Shown: positions 49,765-60,002 of the stretch, piece by piece | Layout of the letters: each line of letters begins with the position of its first letter | Position numbering within the stretch: the first letter of the stretch is position 1 | NCBI GenBank assembly: GCA_965218435.1 | Contig: CBDCKW010000009.1 | Location: 1,568,001 to 1,632,000, forward strand | Origin: Truepera sp. | Lineage (GTDB): Bacteria > Deinococcota > Deinococci > Deinococcales > Trueperaceae | Reading direction: 5' to 3' | Length of the DNA stretch: 64,000 bases | Position numbers and translations under genes: made by a program | The notes under the pieces: model-generated | The model's input: the letters and a program-made list of their open reading frames with translations, nothing else | The model's database searches: none | Told to the model about the DNA's origin: nothing

Positions 49765-51072
49765 ATGAAGCGGTTATGCCTAGCTGTACTCGCCGGTTTG
49801 CTCGTAGGTATGGGTTACGCCCAAGATGTTAAAGAGGTCACCTTTTGGACGAGTCACAGTGACCCCGATTTAATCACCATCAAAAAGATCGTGCAGAACT
49901 TTAACGACGAACACTCCGACATCAACGTCAAATTGGTGCAAGTCCCACCGAGTGCAAGTCCTGAAACCGACGTCACCAAGCTGATGACCGCCGTGCGCGG
50001 CGGTACCGGCCCGGACGTGTATATGCTCGACCGCTTTGTCGTCGCGCAGCGCGCCGCCGATGGACTCTTACAAGACCTGACACCCTATATGAACGGTGAA
50101 GACGTGTTGGCGCAGAACCTCGAGTTCGCCCGCAACGAGGCGATGTTCGGTGGTAAGCCCTACGCGTTGCCTTTTGATACCGACGCGCGGGCGCTCTACT
50201 ACAACATCGACATGCTCAAGGCTGCCGGGGTAGACCCTAGTGAACTCGACCCGAAAAACGGCCCGGTGACGCTCGAGCGCGTTGGTGAACTTGCCGCCAA
50301 AGTTGATGAGAAAAATGCGCAGGGCAACTACGACAAAATGGGCTTTATCCCCTGGTTCGAGCAGGGTTGGCACTATACTTACGGCTTCGACTTCGGCGGG
50401 AGCTTTTACGACGCTGCTACTTGCCAAGTCACACCCACCAACGCGGGAGTTGTCAAAGCGTTTCAGTATGTTTATGACTACGCCGCCGAAAAAGGCCCCC
50501 AACAAGTTCAGGCGTTTCGGCAAGCCTTTACCCGGCCCGATTTGCCGCCGCAGCAAAACCCCTTTATCTCGCAGCAGTTAGCGATGATTATTACCGGCGA
50601 CTGGATGCTCGGCAATATGCAACGTTACGCACCCGACGTAAACTACGGCGTGACCTATATTCCTACCGCCACTAAAGGTGGCAAGTCGGTCACATGGGCC
50701 GGCGGGTGGTCGGTAGTCATGCCGCAAGGGGCCAAAGAACCCGAAGCTGCCTTTGAGTTTATGAAGTACTTCGCTGGTGAACCGGGGCAAAAACTCTATA
50801 CCAAAGAGACGCAGCATATGCCGACGATCACAAGCCTATTAGACGACAATTCACTTTTTGAAGGCCGTCACCAGTTTTTCAAAAAGCTGCTGTCGACCGC
50901 GAAGAACCGCCCGCCACTGCCGGTCGGCGCACTCTACTGGGACGAGCTGACTACCGCTTGGGAAAAAGACTACTTAAACCAGCAGGAGCCGATGCCTGCG
51001 CTTGAAGAGGTCGCCTCACGCGTCCAGCCGCAGCTCCAGCCTTTTTGCGCCCAACTGCAAGCGAGCAACTAG
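49765..51072 (+). CDS. sugar ABC transporter substrate-binding protein
   Basis: Signal peptide, GPDV, ALYYNID, GDW and AGGW motifs; GGAGG RBS. Confidence 0.93.
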   Translation: MKRLCLAVLAGLLVGMGYAQDVKEVTFWTSHSDPDLITIKKIVQNFNDEHSDINVKLVQVPPSASPETDVTKLMTAVRGGTGPDVYMLDRFVVAQRAADGLLQDLTPYMNGEDVLAQNLEFARNEAMFGGKPYALPFDTDARALYYNIDMLKAAGVDPSELDPKNGPVTLERVGELAAKVDEKNAQGNYDKMGFIPWFEQGWHYTYGFDFGGSFYDAATCQVTPTNAGVVKAFQYVYDYAAEKGPQQVQAFRQAFTRPDLPPQQNPFISQQLAMIITGDWMLGNMQRYAPDVNYGVTYIPTATKGGKSVTWAGGWSVVMPQGAKEPEAAFEFMKYFAGEPGQKLYTKETQHMPTITSLLDDNSLFEGRHQFFKKLLSTAKNRPPLPVGALYWDELTTAWEKDYLNQQEPMPALEEVASRVQPQLQPFCAQLQASN

Positions 51073-51088
51073 CCTAACCGTTTCTCGG

Positions 51089-51115
51089 CGTGGTGCTGCA
51101 CTGGCACCACGTTTT
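51089..51115 (+). other. intra-operon hairpin after the SBP gene
   Basis: CGTGGTGC-N7-GCACCACG-TTTT. Confidence 0.55.
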
Positions 51116-51132
51116 GTCTTTGGAGGTTTCTA

Positions 51133-52026
51133 ATGCGCTGGCCTTCTCCGCTCGAGCGCCGCAAGCTACTCCTCGGCCTGATGTTTATCTCACCTTGGAT
51201 CCTCGGCTTTTTGGCCTTTACGCTCTATCCGATTATCTATACCTTGCGGATCAGTTTCACCCGTTACAGCGGTTTTGGGACGCCGCTGTGGGTCGGCCTG
51301 GCCAACTACAAGGCGCTATGGACCGATACTGTTTTTTGGGATTCGCTCTGGAATACGCTCTATTACACCGCGCTCGCGGTACCTATCGGCATTGTTGTAG
51401 CGATGGCGATGGCCATCGCCATGAATCAACCCTTACGTGAAGTGTCCGTCTACCGCGCCGCCCTGTACCTGCCGTCGGTACTCCCGCTGTTTGCCGTATC
51501 GTTTATCTTTATCGCGCTTTTGGATCCCAACCGGGGCATCTTTAATCAGCTGATGGTAGCCTTGGGTCTGCCGAACATCAACTGGTTCGGCGACCCGCGT
51601 TACGCCAAACTGGGGTTGGTACTGCTAGCCCAGTTCGGTGCGGGCAACACCGCGCTCGTTTTTTTAGCGGGTCTTAAAGCCATCCCTAAAACGCTTTACG
51701 AAGCCGCCGTTTTAGACGGGGCGGGGCCGATCCGCCGTTTTTGGAGTGTCACGCTGCCCTTAATGACGCCGGTGATTCTCTACTCGCTCATTTTGGGCCT
51801 CAGTTTGGGGTTGCAGGTCTTTGCTCAGGCTTACATCATCACGAACGGCGGCCCCGCCAACGCCACGAACTTTTACGTGTACTACCTCTACAACCAGGCG
51901 TTTCGTTACAGCAATATGGGCGCGGCCTCGGCGATGGCGTGGGTTTTATTTATCGTCACGCTCATTTTGGCGCTTTTGATCTTCCGCACCTCGAGGCGCT
52001 GGGTCAACTACGAGACGGTAGCCTGA
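51133..52026 (+). CDS. carbohydrate ABC transporter permease
   Basis: LYEAAVLDGA EAA loop. Confidence 0.93.
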   Translation: MRWPSPLERRKLLLGLMFISPWILGFLAFTLYPIIYTLRISFTRYSGFGTPLWVGLANYKALWTDTVFWDSLWNTLYYTALAVPIGIVVAMAMAIAMNQPLREVSVYRAALYLPSVLPLFAVSFIFIALLDPNRGIFNQLMVALGLPNINWFGDPRYAKLGLVLLAQFGAGNTALVFLAGLKAIPKTLYEAAVLDGAGPIRRFWSVTLPLMTPVILYSLILGLSLGLQVFAQAYIITNGGPANATNFYVYYLYNQAFRYSNMGAASAMAWVLFIVTLILALLIFRTSRRWVNYETVA

Positions 52027-52901
52027 TGGCGACGACGCCTAGAACCCTTTCGCAACCGGCAACCGGACCCAAAACCCGTACCCGGAAAGAGACGCAAAAG
52101 TGGGTCTCGAGGCTGCTCCTAATTCTCTTCAGCATTGCCTTGCTGCTACCGCTCTACTGGATGGTGGCCACGGCGCTTAAAACTGATCAAGAACTCGCGG
52201 TCTTTCCGCCGACACTGTTTCCGCACGAGCCGCAGTGGGGTAACTTTTGGGAAGCCGTCAACTACATCCCGTTTTTCAAGTTCTTAGGCAACACCTTGAC
52301 CGTCACCGTCTTAACCATCGTCGGTTCGGTGATCTCAAACCCGCTCATCGCTTACGGTTTTTCACGGATCGAGTGGCCGGGGCGTGACCGGGTATTTTTG
52401 CTGGTGATGGCGACCGTGTTTATCCCTTTTCCAGTCGTGATTATCGCACTTTTTGACATCTTTGCCCGCTTGGGTTGGATCAATACCTTTTTACCGCTCG
52501 TCGTCCCGATGTTTTTTGGTCAAGCGTTTTGGATATTTTTGATGCGGCAGTTTCTCATGCAGATTCCGATGGAGGTTTCTGACGCCGCAAGGATAGACGG
52601 GGCGAACGAGTTTCAAGTATTCAGCCAGATTGTTCTGCCGCTGACGCTACCCGCCGTGGGCGTGATCGGCATCTTCGCGGCGCTCTACGCGTGGAACGAC
52701 TTTATCGGGCCGCTCATCTATCTGCAAGACGAGAGCAAATACACGCTCGCTATCGGCCTCACCTTTTTTCGCTCACAGTACGACGTGCAGTTTAACTTAC
52801 TCATGGCCGCCTCGACGCTGATCGTACTGCCGGTCGTGATTATCTTTCTGCTCTTTCAGCGGGCGTTTTTAGAGGGGATTACGCTGGGCAGTGTTAAATA
52901 A
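52026..52901 (+). CDS. carbohydrate ABC transporter permease
   Basis: DAARIDGA and WNDF motifs; TGATG overlap. Confidence 0.93.
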   Translation: MATTPRTLSQPATGPKTRTRKETQKWVSRLLLILFSIALLLPLYWMVATALKTDQELAVFPPTLFPHEPQWGNFWEAVNYIPFFKFLGNTLTVTVLTIVGSVISNPLIAYGFSRIEWPGRDRVFLLVMATVFIPFPVVIIALFDIFARLGWINTFLPLVVPMFFGQAFWIFLMRQFLMQIPMEVSDAARIDGANEFQVFSQIVLPLTLPAVGVIGIFAALYAWNDFIGPLIYLQDESKYTLAIGLTFFRSQYDVQFNLLMAASTLIVLPVVIIFLLFQRAFLEGITLGSVK

Positions 52902-52920
52902 AACAGTGTGAAGCAGCGCG

Positions 52921-53511
52921 TCAGGTAAAAATCTCCTGCAACCGGCGGTGGCAGAGCCGGTAGGTAACATGTCCGGTTGCCGCGACGCTTAGCAGCAGAC
53001 TTGCTGGAAAAAGCCAGAAGGCCACCGCGCTCAGCAGCAACACGCCCACACAGAGCGCCGTCGTTCCGAGTTGCGTCATACCTAAGATAAGCGCGGTGCG
53101 AGCTGCGGCCCACGGGCCTAACGTGGTGCTGACCCGGAGCGGAAAGAGAAACACGCTCGCTGCTAGATAAAGTACAGCGCCGAGCAAGACGAGCGCAAAG
53201 AGGGGGGGACGCAGCCACAACGCTATCTGGGGGAGCAAGATGAAGTTTAAGGCGAGCAGCCCTGGAATTAGGAGCCAAAAAAGACCGAGCAAAAAGTCCG
53301 GTAAGAAAGCGGCGCGAAACCGAGCGAAAAACGGTAGGTAAAACGCGTCGTCGGGGTTATCCTGCCAAGCGCGAAACACCGCGAACATCGCCGTGGTCGC
53401 CGGAACTAGCGTCACGATCAGAGAGGAGCAGATAAGCCACAAGCCGCTCAGCAGCAGATAGCTGCTCAGGCGGTTAAGCCACCAATAAAACCGGCTGTCT
53501 AGAAGTCGCAT
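52921..53511 (-). CDS. YesL/DUF624 family membrane protein
   Basis: LWLICSSLIVTLVPATTAMF motif and TM segments; found with sugar ABC loci. Confidence 0.82.
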   Translation of the reverse strand: MRLLDSRFYWWLNRLSSYLLLSGLWLICSSLIVTLVPATTAMFAVFRAWQDNPDDAFYLPFFARFRAAFLPDFLLGLFWLLIPGLLALNFILLPQIALWLRPPLFALVLLGAVLYLAASVFLFPLRVSTTLGPWAAARTALILGMTQLGTTALCVGVLLLSAVAFWLFPASLLLSVAATGHVTYRLCHRRLQEIFT

Positions 53512-53600
53512 CGTCCGGGCTAGTCTAACGCCCACCGGAAGAGTTTGTCACAGCCTCATCCAAGTCACTTATTCTCTAAGCTTTTATTAGGAGTCAACCG

Positions 53601-56600
53601 TTGCGTCACAGTGCCCACCACAGCGTTCGTCACACTGCCGAAAAACTCGCTAAACGCCTGAAACTCATCACGCCGCTCGTCTACCGCCGTCACGCTACTC
53701 TGGAGCCCTTTCGTTATAAGAAGTTGGACTCTCCGCTCGAGCCCCCCCTGCTAGACGAAGACACGAGCAGTTGGGAAACGTTGGCATGGGGCACGTACTG
53801 GGGCGCGCCGCGCACCGAGTTTATGCTCCGCAGTTCGTTCTCTGTTCCGACCGACTGGGACACGTCACTGCCTACCGCTCTCTATCTGCCCCTCGGTGAA
53901 GCAGGCGATTTCAGCCACCCCGAAACGCTCGTCTACCTGGACGGCTCCGCCTACGCCGCCGCCGACCGCCACCACCAAGAGATAAGGCTGCCCGACGGGA
54001 CAAGCGGCACGCACGAACTGGCGTTTTACGGCTGGACCGGCATCAATATGGCCGAAGACCGGCGCTTGTACTTGCGTGAATGCAGCGTGGTGCAGCTCGA
54101 GCCCACCACCCGCGAATTCGTCAACCTGGCAAGAGTTGCACTCGAGACAGCAGAACATCTGGATGATAACGAACCGGCAAAAGGCCACCTGCTCAACGCT
54201 CTGGACGACGCCTTTAAGGAGCTCGAGACCCTCGCCGTAGACCAAAACGAGCCTGACCGCAATGCTTTCTATGACAGCGTACCGAACGCGTTAGACACGC
54301 TTAAAGCCGGGATTGCCAAAGCTGGCCCCGCCGAATCAGTCACGGTTGCCGCCGCCGGCCACGCCCACATTGACGTGGCGTGGCTCTGGACGTTGGGTCA
54401 AACACGCCGTAAAGCCGGGCGCACCTTTCACACCGTCATGCGGCTGATGGAAGAGTTTCCCAAGTACAGCTTTTCGCAGAGCCAACCGCAGCTTTACGAC
54501 TATGTGCGGCAGGATTATCCTGAACTTTTTGAAGACATTAAGAAACGCGTTGCCGAAGGCCGCTGGGAAACTCTGGGCGGGATGTGGATTGAAGCCGACT
54601 GCAACCTCTCAGGTTCCGAGTCGTTGGCGCGGCAATTTGTCTTAGGCAGAGCATTCTTCAAAAAGCATTTTGGCGAGGTGGATTCGCCTATCTTATGGCT
54701 TCCCGACGTGTTCGGCTACGCCTGGAACCTGCCACAACTGATTAAAGAGGCCGGTTTGGAATACTTCTTCACCATCAAAATCGGCTGGAGCCAGTACAAC
54801 CGTCTCCCCTACGATTCGTTTTACTGGCAAGGGTTGGACGGCACCAAAGTTTTGACGCACTTCTCAACCACGCCCGAAGTCGGCAGCCCGCACGCGAGCA
54901 CCTACAACGCCGCCGCGACGCCCGAACAAAACCTCGGCACGTGGCGCAATTTCCAGCAAAAAGACGCCGAGCAAGACCTCTTTATGGCCTATGGTTACGG
55001 TGACGGCGGCGGCGGCCCAACCCGCGAAATGCTGGAAAACATCACCCTGATGCAGGACTTTCCGGCGCAACCGAAGATGCGTTTTAGTACGGCGAAAGAT
55101 TTTTTTGAGAGGCTCGAGCGAACCTCCGGCGACATGCTGCCGACCTGGAACGGCGAGCTGTATTTGGAACTCCACCGCGGCACCTACACCACCCAGGGCC
55201 GCAACAAACGCGCCAACCGTAAAAGCGAGTTTTTACTGCACGACGCGGAGTTCTTAGCGTCTTTAGCCGGAACGTTGGACAAGAGCTACACCTACCCGAA
55301 AGACGACCTCGGCCGCGCCTGGGAGCTCGTATGCCTCAACCAGTTTCACGACATCATCCCCGGTAGCAGCATCGGTGAGGTTTATACGGAATCTTTGGAG
55401 CAGTACGAAGAGGTCAAAACGCTGGGTGAAAAATCCCGGGGTGACGCCCTCGAGGTCATCGCACAGAATATGGGCGGCGAAGTCGTCGTGGTCAACCCAA
55501 CTTCGTTTACACGGGACGATTTGGTTTTTATCGCCGAAACCGGTTTGGGAACACTCCGGCGCGCCGACGGGTCGCCGGTTTTAACGCAAGAAGTTGACGG
55601 AGGGACGCTTTTAGCAGCCGGAAGTTTAGAGCCTTACAGCGCCACGCCGTTACAGAGCAGTGACGAAACCGAGACGCCGGTCTCTGAACTGAGCGTGGGT
55701 GAAGAGGGGCTCGAGAACGCCTTCGTCCGCATCGAACTAAATAGTGACGGCGATTTGACCAGGGTGTTTGACAAAGTGGCGAACCGTGAGGTTTTAGCCG
55801 ACGGTGCCAAAGGCAACGAGTTTTTAGCCTTTGAAGACCGCCCGAACGCGTGGGACGCGTGGGACGTAGATATCTTTTACGACGATAAGATCTACACCGC
55901 CGAGCCTGCCTCGTCCGTCAGGGTTGTTGAACAGGGACCTTTACGGGCAACCCTCGAGATCAAACGGCAGATTTTGCACAGCAGCTATACGCAGCGGTTG
56001 TCGCTCAGTTACAACAGCCCGCGCTTAGACATCACCACCGACATTGACTGGCGCGAACGGCACACCCTGCTAAAAGTTGCCTTTCCGACGCCTATCTTGT
56101 CACCGGTCGCCACGCACGAAATCCAGTGGGGCAACGTGCAGCGCCCGACGCACCGTAATACCAGCTGGGACTGGGCACGCTTTGAAACCTGCGCCCAAAA
56201 ATGGGTAGACGTGTCCGAGTCGGATTACGGCGTGAGCGTGTTAAACGACTGCAAATACGGCAACGACGTGCAGGGCGGGACGATGCGCCTCTCTCTCCTG
56301 CGCAGCCCGACCGCTCCCGATCCCGAAGCCGACCAGGGCCAGCACACCTTTACCTACAGCTTGCTGCCGCATACGGGCGCAGTCGGTGAAACAACCATCG
56401 CCGCCGCCTACGCGCTCAACGACCCACTGTTGGCCGTTAAAGCGTCCGGCGAGGCCACCGCGCCACAGAGCTTTTTAACGGTGGACCGGCCCAACGCGGT
56501 GATTGAAACCGTCAAACATGCTGAAGATAGTTCAGGGGTCGTCGTAAGACTTTACGAGTCACAGCGGCAACGCGGGCCGGTCACACTGCAAGCCGGGTTT

Positions 56601-56729
56601 AATGTAGCCAAAGCGGAGCGGACGAATTTGCTCGAGACCCCCCGCGAAACCTTACAAGTTGAGGGCAACCGGGTCACCTTCGACCTTAACCCCTTTGAAA
56701 TCGTGACGCTTAAACTCACCCCGGCCTGA
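53601..56729 (+). CDS. alpha-mannosidase (GH38)
   Basis: GHAHIDVAWLW, WLPDVFG, GYGDGGGGP and QFHDIIPG motifs; AGGAG RBS with TTG start. Confidence 0.96.
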   Translation: MRHSAHHSVRHTAEKLAKRLKLITPLVYRRHATLEPFRYKKLDSPLEPPLLDEDTSSWETLAWGTYWGAPRTEFMLRSSFSVPTDWDTSLPTALYLPLGEAGDFSHPETLVYLDGSAYAAADRHHQEIRLPDGTSGTHELAFYGWTGINMAEDRRLYLRECSVVQLEPTTREFVNLARVALETAEHLDDNEPAKGHLLNALDDAFKELETLAVDQNEPDRNAFYDSVPNALDTLKAGIAKAGPAESVTVAAAGHAHIDVAWLWTLGQTRRKAGRTFHTVMRLMEEFPKYSFSQSQPQLYDYVRQDYPELFEDIKKRVAEGRWETLGGMWIEADCNLSGSESLARQFVLGRAFFKKHFGEVDSPILWLPDVFGYAWNLPQLIKEAGLEYFFTIKIGWSQYNRLPYDSFYWQGLDGTKVLTHFSTTPEVGSPHASTYNAAATPEQNLGTWRNFQQKDAEQDLFMAYGYGDGGGGPTREMLENITLMQDFPAQPKMRFSTAKDFFERLERTSGDMLPTWNGELYLELHRGTYTTQGRNKRANRKSEFLLHDAEFLASLAGTLDKSYTYPKDDLGRAWELVCLNQFHDIIPGSSIGEVYTESLEQYEEVKTLGEKSRGDALEVIAQNMGGEVVVVNPTSFTRDDLVFIAETGLGTLRRADGSPVLTQEVDGGTLLAAGSLEPYSATPLQSSDETETPVSELSVGEEGLENAFVRIELNSDGDLTRVFDKVANREVLADGAKGNEFLAFEDRPNAWDAWDVDIFYDDKIYTAEPASSVRVVEQGPLRATLEIKRQILHSSYTQRLSLSYNSPRLDITTDIDWRERHTLLKVAFPTPILSPVATHEIQWGNVQRPTHRNTSWDWARFETCAQKWVDVSESDYGVSVLNDCKYGNDVQGGTMRLSLLRSPTAPDPEADQGQHTFTYSLLPHTGAVGETTIAAAYALNDPLLAVKASGEATAPQSFLTVDRPNAVIETVKHAEDSSGVVVRLYESQRQRGPVTLQAGFNVAKAERTNLLETPRETLQVEGNRVTFDLNPFEIVTLKLTPA

Positions 56730-56799
56730 GCAACCAACCTTCTCTCTTCCAGCGTGCAGTTGGTTACGACCTGGGTACACTGCCAGTTAAGGACAAACG

Positions 56800-57840
56800 A
56801 TGACTCAACCTACAAGAAATTCCGGGAAAAAAGTGAATGTTGCCCTACTCGGTGCGGGCGGTATCGCCGGTGTTCATGTCAAGGGCATCTTGGCGCACAA
56901 AGACAAGTTGGAGTGCGTCGCCCTCTGTGACGTGTCGGACGACGCGCTCGCCCTCCGCGCCGCGCAGCTCGGCAACGACCCGGCGCGTTATCACGACTGG
57001 CATACGCTATTCGCTGAGCAAAAAGACTTGGACGCCGTCATTATCGCGCTCCCGCACCAGCTCCACGCTCCGGCAATTTTGGCGGCAGCCGAGGCGGGCA
57101 AAGCGGTTCTCTGCGAAAAACCGATGTGCATGACGCTCAAAGAAGCCGATGAGATTTTAGCAGCAGTCAAGCGTTCGGGTGTCATCTACATGTCGGCGCA
57201 CAACCAGCTCTTTACCCCGGTCGTGCGGGAGGCCAAACGGCTTTTAGACGATGGACTGATCGGCAAGCTCCGCTGGCTCCGGACACAAGACTGTTTCGTC
57301 GCGTCCCCGACCTCGATGCGCGGCACCTGGCGCGGCAGCGTCGCCTCACAAGGGGGCGGCGAACTCATTGACACCGGTTACCACCCGTCGTACTTGCTCC
57401 TTTACTTGGCAGGTGCGCCTTTGGCAGAAGTCCGGGGTAGCATGAGCCGCTTTCATATGCAGATTGAAGGCGAAGACACCGCGAGCGTGCAGGTACGGTT
57501 TCAAAACGGCGTCCTCGGTGAGGTCTTGACCTCGTGGGCCATGACGCTGCCTTACGGGACGCACAAGCTGCATCTGGTCGGGGACAAAGGGGAGTTGTTC
57601 GGTTCAGATAACATCCTCTACTACTGCCCGACCGGATTTGCTGAGCCTGCGGCACGCGTTTTGCCAAAAATTGAAAGCACCTTCACTGAAGAGATCGGCT
57701 ATTTTGCCGACTGCTTAAAAGACGGCACAGAGCCGCTGCACGGCGCGGAAGATGGGCGGGCGGTGCTCGAGCTCATCTTGAAAGCTTCTAAAAGTGCCGA
57801 AGGCTGGCAGCAAACCGCGCCGCTGCAAGGTGTGCTATGA
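56800..57840 (+). CDS. Gfo/Idh/MocA oxidoreductase
   Basis: GAGGIA, CEKP and GGGELIDTGYH motifs. Confidence 0.93.
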   Translation: MTQPTRNSGKKVNVALLGAGGIAGVHVKGILAHKDKLECVALCDVSDDALALRAAQLGNDPARYHDWHTLFAEQKDLDAVIIALPHQLHAPAILAAAEAGKAVLCEKPMCMTLKEADEILAAVKRSGVIYMSAHNQLFTPVVREAKRLLDDGLIGKLRWLRTQDCFVASPTSMRGTWRGSVASQGGGELIDTGYHPSYLLLYLAGAPLAEVRGSMSRFHMQIEGEDTASVQVRFQNGVLGEVLTSWAMTLPYGTHKLHLVGDKGELFGSDNILYYCPTGFAEPAARVLPKIESTFTEEIGYFADCLKDGTEPLHGAEDGRAVLELILKASKSAEGWQQTAPLQGVL

Positions 57841-58709
57841 ACCGGACGGCAACCGGATTTCCGATAGGGTTTCGCCACACACCCCTGTCGGAATGGAGTC
57901 AAGACCTTGCGGGCCTTGTTGCGTGGGCAGAAGAAAACGACTTTGGCGCACTGGACATTGGAGGCGGAGCTGACCAAGTCTCCGCCGTCATAGAGGCCGG
58001 TTTACGGGTCGGGTCGGTTGATTTACCCGAATGGCGAGGGATGCTTTCGCTGGGCGCGGACAAACGCCGAGACGCCGTAAAACGTAACCGGGACGTTATC
58101 GAAGCGTGGGCTGCGGCGGGGGAACCGCTCAACTATTTCACTGTAATGGTTCCCGAAGACCCGAACGCGCCGCCGCAAGAGGTTTTTAAGGCGATGGTCG
58201 AAAGTTACGGCGAGCTGGCCCCAGTGCTCGAGGCTAACAACGCGAAAATCGTCATCGAAGGCTGGCCCGGCCCCGGCGCTCTTTGCTGCACCCCCGAATC
58301 GTACCGAGCCTTTTTTGAGGCGTGTCCGTCTCCGGCGCTGGGCGTCAACTACGACCCCTCACACCTGCTCCGCATGGGTATTGACCCCTTGAAGTTTTTG
58401 GCAGAGTTTAGTGGACGCGTCTATCACGTTCACGCCAAAGATACCGAGATGGTTGACGAGTTGCGCTACGAGTACGGCACCGAGCAGAAACCGCTATTTG
58501 CGGCACCGCCACGCTTCGGCGGCCCCTTCTGGCGCTACACCATTCCAGGTCACGGCGTGATGCGCTGGCAGCGGGCGTTTGCAATGCTGGCTGAGGCAGG
58601 TTACGGCGGTTGCGTCTGCGTCGAATTAGAAGACCAATCTTTTAATGGTCAAGAGGAAACGGAAAAAGCCGGGTTGCTGGCCGCAAGACACTTTTTAGAG
58701 AGTTGTTAG
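57837..58709 (+). CDS. sugar phosphate isomerase/epimerase (IolE/AP-endonuclease-2 TIM barrel)
   Basis: IEGWP, NYDPSH, HVHAKD and VELE motifs. Confidence 0.9.
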   Translation: MNRTATGFPIGFRHTPLSEWSQDLAGLVAWAEENDFGALDIGGGADQVSAVIEAGLRVGSVDLPEWRGMLSLGADKRRDAVKRNRDVIEAWAAAGEPLNYFTVMVPEDPNAPPQEVFKAMVESYGELAPVLEANNAKIVIEGWPGPGALCCTPESYRAFFEACPSPALGVNYDPSHLLRMGIDPLKFLAEFSGRVYHVHAKDTEMVDELRYEYGTEQKPLFAAPPRFGGPFWRYTIPGHGVMRWQRAFAMLAEAGYGGCVCVELEDQSFNGQEETEKAGLLAARHFLESC

Positions 58710-58717
58710 GAGAACCG

Positions 58718-59719
58718 GTGGAATACACCAAACTAGGCCGCTCGAACATGACGGTGAGCAAAATCTGCTTAGGCACGATGCACTTTGGGCCTTATGCGTC
58801 TGAAGAAGAGTCGCATAAGATTTTAGACCGGACGTTAGACATGGGCATCAACTTTATTGACACCGCCAACGTTTACGGCGGTAATGACAAAGGGCGCTCG
58901 GAAAAGATCATCGGCAACTGGTTCGCCCGTCGGCCTGAAGTTCGGGATCAGGTCGTCTTGGCGACTAAACTCTATAACCCCATGCAAAAGAGCAACGTTC
59001 CCAACGATGAAGCTGGATTCTCGGCTTACAAGGCGCGAAAGCAGGTTAAAGACTCGCTCGAGCGCCTCCAAACCGACCGCATCGACCTCTACCAAGTTCA
59101 TCACATTGACCGCCGCGTCTCGCCCGAGGAGTTTTGGGGCACGTATGAAAAGATGATTGCCGACGGAGACGTGCTCTATGCGGGCTCGAGCAACTTTCCC
59201 GGTTGGGGGCTGGCTAAAATGCAGCTGCAAGCTTGGCAACGCGGCTCCGTCGGCTTTGTGTCCGAGCAGACACAGTACAACCTGCTCAACCGTATTCCCG
59301 AGCTGGAAGTTTTACCTGCCGCGCAAGACTTGGGCATCGGCGTGATCGCCTATATGCCGCTGGCAGGTGGCCTGTTAACCGGTAAGGTGAGCGCCGCTGA
59401 AGGCTCACGTACCCAGCAGTTAGAAGAGGAATACGACATCAAGCTGGGTGAAGGCAACGATCAGTTCAGCGCGTTCTCGGCGCTGTGCCGCGATTTGGGC
59501 GTGCGTGAACACGTCGTCGCAACCGCTTGGGTCTTGCATAATCCGGCGGTAGCTTCGGCGATTGTCGGCGTTCGGAAGGTCGAGCAGTTAGACGGCCTTG
59601 AAGAAGCTGCGGGACTTGTGCTCGAGCCGGACGTGATGACCCGCTTGGACGAGATTTTTAACATCAACCGGGGCCGTAAACTTGGCCCCGGCCCGGTGCC
59701 TGAAGCTTACGCTTGGTAG
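58718..59719 (+). CDS. aldo/keto reductase
   Basis: [13 protein letters not shown] and [16 protein letters not shown] motifs; AGGAG RBS. Confidence 0.93.
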   Translation: MEYTKLGRSNMTVSKICLGTMHFGPYASEEESHKILDRTLDMGINFIDTANVYGGNDKGRSEKIIGNWFARRPEVRDQVVLATKLYNPMQKSNVPNDEAGFSAYKARKQVKDSLERLQTDRIDLYQVHHIDRRVSPEEFWGTYEKMIADGDVLYAGSSNFPGWGLAKMQLQAWQRGSVGFVSEQTQYNLLNRIPELEVLPAAQDLGIGVIAYMPLAGGLLTGKVSAAEGSRTQQLEEEYDIKLGEGNDQFSAFSALCRDLGVREHVVATAWVLHNPAVASAIVGVRKVEQLDGLEEAAGLVLEPDVMTRLDEIFNINRGRKLGPGPVPEAYAW

Positions 59720-59958
59720 ACGCACTTTAGATGCCGTAAATAAGTGAATTGTCCCACGCGCTTGTGCAGGTCTTTGACGGGTAGGCCGATGACCGGGAGC
59801 GGGAAGTCTCTGGCCCCTTCACTCCACGACAACGACGAGCCTTGCGGGTCGGCGTCAATCAGGAGCGTGCGGCCGTGCTGTGCCAGCCCGAGGGCTAAGT
59901 AGACGGCGGTAGTGGTCTTGCCGGTGCCGCCCTTGAGGTTGACGATAGCGAGCTTCAT
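59707..59958 (-). pseudogene. truncated ParA family ATPase (N-terminal fragment)
   Basis: [10 protein letters not shown] and IDADPQGS motifs, then homology appears to end after ~70 aa. Confidence 0.85.
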
Positions 59959-59961
59959 GAT

Positions 59962-60002
59962 TTAAGTATGTACTTAACTACTTAGATAAGTATATACTTA
60001 TC
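59962..60002. repeat. tandem TAAGTA/TACTTA palindromes (par operator/centromere-like)
   Basis: TTAAGTATGTACTTAA (59962-59977), a TACTTA half-site, and the perfect palindrome GATAAGTATATACTTATC (59985-60002). Confidence 0.7.
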
